This document shows positions 57,981 through 64,000 of a DNA stretch of 64,000 nucleotides, one piece after another. The stretch is taken from contig OZ024750.1 in assembly GCA_964016885.1 (NCBI GenBank), positions 31,682,001 through 31,746,000 of the forward strand. The letters run 5' to 3'. Positions within the stretch are counted from its first letter, which is position 1, and each line of letters opens with the position of its first letter. Made by a program: the position numbers and the translations under genes. Source of the DNA: Eledone cirrhosa (taxonomy: Eukaryota). The notes under the pieces were generated by a model. That model saw nothing but the letters and a program-made list of their open reading frames with translations, was not told where the DNA came from and searched no databases.

Positions 57981-58317
57981 ACAATATTAAATAAATGGAA
58001 ATTATATTTAAAAAACCATATCTATTTCATTATATATATTTCAGGGATATCATATTAACAATATGCTATGCCTTCCTCAGACAAAATACAATATAAACAG
58101 TTTAATAGATAAATAGATTCGACATACCGTAACAACATCGACTTGTATTTGAAAAGGTTGATTTGGCAGTGAAAAAATTGTACACAGAGAGAAAGAAAGA
58201 GAGAAAAAAGAAAAGAAAGACAGAAAACGAAGAAAAAGAAGAAAAAGAAGAAATGCATGGAACAAAATAGTGAGATGGAAAGATAGATAAAGAGAAGGAC
58301 TTCATGTAAAGAAACAG

Positions 58318-58351
<34 letters not shown>

Positions 58352-58620
58352 GAAATAGAGATAGATACATATATATAGAAAACTAGGTAGTGGGACGTGT
58401 GTTGGGTAAACGTATCAATGATACATTTATTTATTTATTTATTTATTTAGCTCTAGTATTAATGTAAGGGAGATATATGGAGAGAAACCAGCTGTTATAT
58501 ATAGAGAAAAAAATATAGAGAGAGAAAAAAATATAGAGAGAGAAAAATTTTTTAAAAATAACCAGACATAGGCGAGGCGTAAAAAACCCTATGTTTTAAT
58601 GTAGAGGTATTAGTATTTAT
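57981..58620 (-). mobile_element. Second copy of the ~650-bp HHR-bearing repeat
   Basis: Matches 12716-13370; HHR at 58023-58088. Confidence 0.8.
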
Positions 58621-58629
58621 AAAAAATAT

Positions 58630-59353
58630 ATACATTATGAAGAGAGAAGAAACATTTAGATATAATTAGTAATAAAATGTATCATACCTAAACTGCTTCT
58701 AAATTCCTCGACTACGTAGTTTCGTGGCATAAACAAAAACAATATATCATAAAGATATAGAGTCCTTGCGAGGTCTGCCGACTTATCAAGAGGATACCTC
58801 ATTTTACTAGTCTCAAGAACGCGTCTACACGACGTGAGAAAGAATCCCAAAAGGCGGAGGGGGAGATAGTCACGCAATACAACGGTCGAGAAACAGAGCT
58901 AAGCCTCTTATAACCCCGAAGAAAATACCACGGAGGCGGAGGGGGTATTTATATCGAGGCCGTAGAAGAGGTGGTGAAGGAGGCGAGAAGTATGAGTAAT
59001 GGAAGCTTTCCAGCTGTCCCCACACTTCAAAGATTGCTCGACCAGAAGGAGTTATTAACAATATATTTAGAAACACACAGATACATGCGGACACACACAT
59101 ATATACATGAATGCATCCGCACCCAACTGTGAGTTAGGGTGCCAACTTCACCGATGTTGCTCAATGAATGACTGAGACAGACCAATTCAGTTGAACTAGA
59201 CTGAACCAGTATCAGAGTTAAAAATACATTATGAAGAGAGAAGAAACATTTAGATATAATTAGTAATAAAATGTATCAAACCTAAACTGCTTCTAAATTC
59301 CTCGACTACGTAGTTTCGTGGCATAAACAAAAACAATATATCATAAAGATATA
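58630..59353 (-). mobile_element. 594-bp unit in partial tandem (~130-bp terminal direct repeat); pseudo-LTR/retrozyme-like
   Basis: 58631-58759 is repeated at 59225-59353; it contains the HHR above and ends in (TA)n. Confidence 0.6.
58705..58794 (-). ncRNA. Type I hammerhead candidate with U3-A8 core (UUGAUAA) and long branched stem II
   Basis: UCCUC UUGAUAA GU(c)GGCA...UGCCAC GAA ACUAC-GUAGU C/GAGGA: stem I UCCUC:GAGGA, palindromic ACUACGUAGU stem III, GUC triplet. Confidence 0.65.
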
Positions 59354-59355
59354 TT

Positions 59356-59445
<90 letters not shown>

Positions 59446-59459
59446 TAAATATATATATT

Positions 59460-59514
<55 letters not shown>

Positions 59515-59539
59515 ATATATAAATATAAATATATATATT

Positions 59540-59593
<54 letters not shown>

Positions 59594-59607
59594 TAAATAT
59601 ATCTATT

Positions 59608-59638
<31 letters not shown>

Positions 59639-59837
59639 ATAAATATAAATATATCTATTTATATATATATATATTTATTTATTATATATATATATATTAT
59701 ATATATATTTATATATATATATATTTATATAGATATATATATTTATATATATATATTTATATATATATATATTTATATAGATATATATATTTATATAGAT
59801 ATATATATTTATATATATATATTTATATATATATATT

Positions 59838-59871
<34 letters not shown>

Positions 59872-59927
59872 TATATATATATATTTATATATATATATTT
59901 ATATATATATATTTATATATATATATT

Positions 59928-59993
<66 letters not shown>

Positions 59994-60308
59994 TATATAT
60001 ACATATATTTATATATATATATTTATATATTTATTTATATATATATTTATATATATATATATTTATATATATATTTATATTTATTCATATATTTTATATA
60101 TTTATATATAATGTTAAAAAGGCCATACCCACTGAGACGATGGTTAAACAATTAACCGCAAAGCCAATAAAGCGAACAATCTATTCCGGTCAAACAAATG
60201 ATAATATATTATTGAAATATTTACCCGGTCCTTTCGGAAATGGTGGTAAAATCCGGTATTGGGTTTCTGCAACTCCTAAATCAGGTACTGTCTGCTTAAA
60301 GGAATAAT

Positions 60309-60489
60309 TGTTTCTACTTTCGGCACAAGGCCAGCAATTACCCAGTGCATTACTGGTACTTTATTTTATCGAACCCGCAAGGATGAAAGGCAAAGTCGAC
60401 CTCGGCGGGATTTGAACTCAGATCGTAAAGGGACGTAACTATGCTGGAAAGCATGGCTTCTGACCCTCCACCGATACTGCCAATCCACC
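60309..60489 (-). mobile_element. tRNA-derived SINE with TSD
   Basis: TSD gcttaaag(g/a)aataat at 60294-60308/60490-60504. Confidence 0.85.
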
Positions 60490-61479
60490 GCTTAAAGAAA
60501 TAATGCTAAGCTTTTGGTATGATGATCCAACAAGGATGTCGCTTTTTCAACAGGTATTTTGTTCTGTGCCAAACTACGGGTCTCGCCGTGATCTGAACGC
60601 ACGTGCGGTCTCAAATGGGAGAGAACCGCTAGTTTTGGCGGATGAATTCAGTATGTGTGGTTATTGCAAAATATTACAAAGCGAATTAAGCTCTCGACAG
60701 AATAGTTTTTAAAATAAACATAAGCTATTAATCAGTCAATAGAATTAACTAAAAGAATCAAAAAATTAACTGGTTTAATAGGTAGACTCTGGAGATTGAT
60801 ACGAATATAAATTAGCGAGAATCGCATTTCGGCTAGTGGAAATTAGCGAAAAACAACTTCCGAACTGTGTGGCAAGCGCTCGATAGATACGAGTGTACTA
60901 GAGCAATAAACATACGTTAAAAAGGCTATACACACTGAGACGATGGTTAAACCAGTGCATACATTGCATTGCAGCAAATCTAATTCGTCATGTTCAAATT
61001 ACCTACGTCACAATATCTTCAATCTGTTTCCTCAATTGTAATTAATGCTGAACTTGATTTAGAGTATTTTCAAACAAAAGGTGGCTTTCCATTAGTTTAT
61101 TCGTAAAAGTGGTGTCCTGATGGGTATGTACATTACGAAGTACATATGAAATGCATTATTTACTGGTGCACAGATGACCACTTCTTTCTGTCCTTTAGAT
61201 AATTCTATCCGAGTTTGTAAACCTCTGACTCATTTGGAGGAACGCATTCGGCATGTTCTGACTAATATAGCACCTGCGGTACTGGTCATATCAGACGATG
61301 ATGTATCCAGAGTATTACAAACACTACTGGAAAACGGTGGTACCTATGTAGAATTTTAACACTGCACTGCACTTCTGCCGTTATGTTGCTTAAAATAAAA
61401 CACATTTTATAAAAATCGACCAATAAGAAATAAAACTAACTATTACTGATTTTAAATAAGGAGTTTCTTTCCACCCACG

Positions 61480-61534
<55 letters not shown>

Positions 61535-62649
61535 GTGTGTGTGTATAAGTATAAGCTTCAAATTGTAATTATGAAATGGAAATAGATAGAAAACTAAACA
61601 AAGTTAGCTATGTATTCATCTATGTTATATTTTTATAAATCCTACTTGATTTAATTTATGGAAGGCTTGTGTAATTTTATTTCCAGAATGTTCCTCGCGA
61701 GACGTTGAAAGGTTTCCGTTGGAATATATCAAAAGGAAATTCTGTGAAGGGCAGTTTAAATAATACGTAACAAAATGATATTTTAAAGAATTTTTTTCTT
61801 TCTACTCCCGTAATATCATCAAAGAAACTTTCCTTGCTTTAGCTTTCAACTGTTTAGTTCTATGCTGAATAATTTAACTGAAACATAGCCTACTAGACAT
61901 GACTTTTTCGAGTTATCTTTGGATCTTCTAATCTTAGAAACGGTAACTATTTACCGAAATCAATCTTGAAGTCACGAATACCTTCTGTCACTGATACAGA
62001 TATAGATATACGATGATATTTAAGAAAATGCCGAAAGTTTTCTCTCCTGATATATTGATAATTCACACCCTACTCGAATATTAACTACACTGCATACTCA
62101 ATAATGCACTGCTTTTCTATGTAGTTTATGAAATAGAAATATATCGTACACACTTTTGTTGTGCTACATATACATATTCAGTTAGATGGCGCAGCGCAGA
62201 TTTTGATTCAGCCAGGTTATATTTGAGTTGAATCGTGTTTCTGTTAACTTTAATTATAACATTTTTTAATCTTAGCAAAAGGTCAGCAATGTAGGGAAAG
62301 AGTACTTAACTGGTACTTTATTTTATTGAGTCTGGCTGGAAGGATAAAAAGCAAAGTTGAACTCTGTTCGATTTGAAATCAAAACATAAATATAGTAACT
62401 AAATACCGAAAAGCAATATGGCTGGCGGACGCTCTTCCAACACTGCTGTTCTACCGCTGTGCGTCTCCCTCACCATCCTAGGGGAAACGTCTTCTCTATT
62501 CTGTCCGCCGGGATTGCGAGGCAGCGAGCCCGTGTGCCCCCATTTGCTTGCAATAGTGAGAGATAGGGAGAGACAGTGGGAATGTGGTTCCATTGTGTTC
62601 GGACCTGGTATGTATTTATTTACCAGACCACATTAACTGTATATAAGGT

Positions 62650-63040
62650 ATGGATTGGCAGTATCAGTAGAGGGTCGGACACCATGCTTTGACGCAAAGA
62701 GTTATGTCCCTTTACGATCTGAGTTCAAATCCCGCCGAGGTTAACTTTGCCTTTCTCCTTACGGGGTCGATAAAATAAAGCACCAGTAATGTACTGAGTA
62801 ATTGCTGGCCTTGTGCCAAAATTTGAAACAATTATTGTTTAGAATAGGGCGGTGAATTGACAGTATCAGTAGAGGGTCGTACGCAGTGCTTTCCTTCATA
62901 GTTACGCCCCTTTATGGTCTGAGTTCAAATCCCGCCGAGGTTAACTTTGCCTTTCATCCTTACGAGGTCGATAAAATAAAGTACCAGTAATGCACTGGGA
63001 TAATTGCTGGCCTTGTGCCAATAGTAGAAACAATTATTAT
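62650..63040 (+). mobile_element. Two tandem tRNA-SINE copies
   Basis: Consensus matches; attattgtttagaat is duplicated around the second copy. Confidence 0.85.
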
Positions 63041-63562
63041 TGTTTAGAATGATTTCTTCAAGAGATGGCAACATGAATAGACCTGCTATTTTTCGCTAAA
63101 ATCTTCTTCCGTTTTCTCCATCTTTCTAGTTCTTACACTTTGATCTTGACCAAAATGACGAGAACATAAATGATAATGAGATCAATAATCTGACAAATTT
63201 ACTAAATCTTTTATATTAGAGGTTCAGCTATCATTGGTCTTTGTGGGTTAGTTATAGAAAATCGGATACAAATATACTTGTGTTACTGTTATATTTCCCA
63301 ATATGAGACCTATGTCTCAACACATCACAAGATTTTGATATTTTACAATGTGACAATCCAATACTTAACTTCATATTGTAGATTAATGTGTCAACTATTA
63401 TCTCTCTTATGTAATCCATATAGCATATTCTACACGACATATGTAATCGAATATTTAATTTCTCCAAAAGTTTTTGTACAATTTACTAATAAAAATATTA
63501 GCCCCTTTCTAAACTAGATTCTCTCTCTTGCTCTCTCTCTCTTTCCATCTCTCTCACTCTCA

Positions 63563-63602
<40 letters not shown>

Positions 63603-64000
63603 ACTTTGCCGAAGCATCGTTTCTCTGCACATAAAAAACATCTCTTTAAACAACTGCGCCAAATAATACCATTTCGGGACATTTATCCATCATTAGTGAC
63701 TTTTCTCACTCGCAACTGAGATAAAATAAATTAATAGATTATATATATATAAACTAATATATTATATGATGCATAGTCATATTGTATATGCTTCGATATA
63801 AGCCTCTATTCTGAATCACATTGTCATACCTCTACTTCTAATCAATACTATTCCGCCAAGCTCGCAAAATATCCAAATAAGTGTATCTAAAACTATTATT
63901 TGCCCATGTCTATGTATAAGCCATTAGCCCTTTTTATCTCAGTACCAAATGGTTGAACGTCAATGTTGATGGATAAATATACTGAAACATGTTTATTTAT

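Noticed and set aside
60120-60175. 5S rRNA-like start (ggccatacc), repeated near 60923
   Set aside because: Similarity ends after about 10 nt; probably a short dispersed repeat.
60220-60290. Hammerhead-like motif on the minus strand (CTGATTTA...GAAAGGAC)
   Set aside because: Core is broken and there is no NUH triplet; at best a dead relic.
61174-61359. Possible host exon
   Set aside because: No recognisable domain and weak splice signals on either strand.

Overview
AT-rich, microsatellite-dense animal genomic DNA. The repeat content suggests a cephalopod such as Octopus, but that is an inference. I found no convincing intact host gene, and nearly all listed ORFs are microsatellite artefacts. 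There is a 200-N gap at 42998-43197. The core of the window (about 44.9-59.4 kb) is a cluster of ribozyme-bearing retroelements sitting in (TA)n tracts. (1) A decayed Penelope-like element (PLE; RT plus C-terminal GIY-YIG, Naiad-like) lies on the minus strand. Its 3' pseudo-LTR carries a hammerhead ribozyme (HHR) and the ORF N-terminus MTLPKYNNI. An inverted pseudo-LTR from a related but distinct PLE family is fused at its 5' end. (2) Directly next to it is a nearly homogeneous array of a 467-bp non-coding, highly structured unit (about 13.6 forward and 2.7 inverted copies). Each complete unit holds a type I HHR with a palindromic stem III, 16 in total. This is a candidate retrozyme/circular-RNA system mobilised by PLE machinery. 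(3) A 594-bp partial-tandem element carries an HHR with the unusual U3-A8 core. Further dispersed type I HHRs, many tRNA-derived SINEs with TSDs, an RTE LINE 3' fragment, RTE-like non-autonomous elements, MITE-like elements and fold-back palindromes fill the rest. All folds and alignments were done by eye; none of the ribozymes has been tested.
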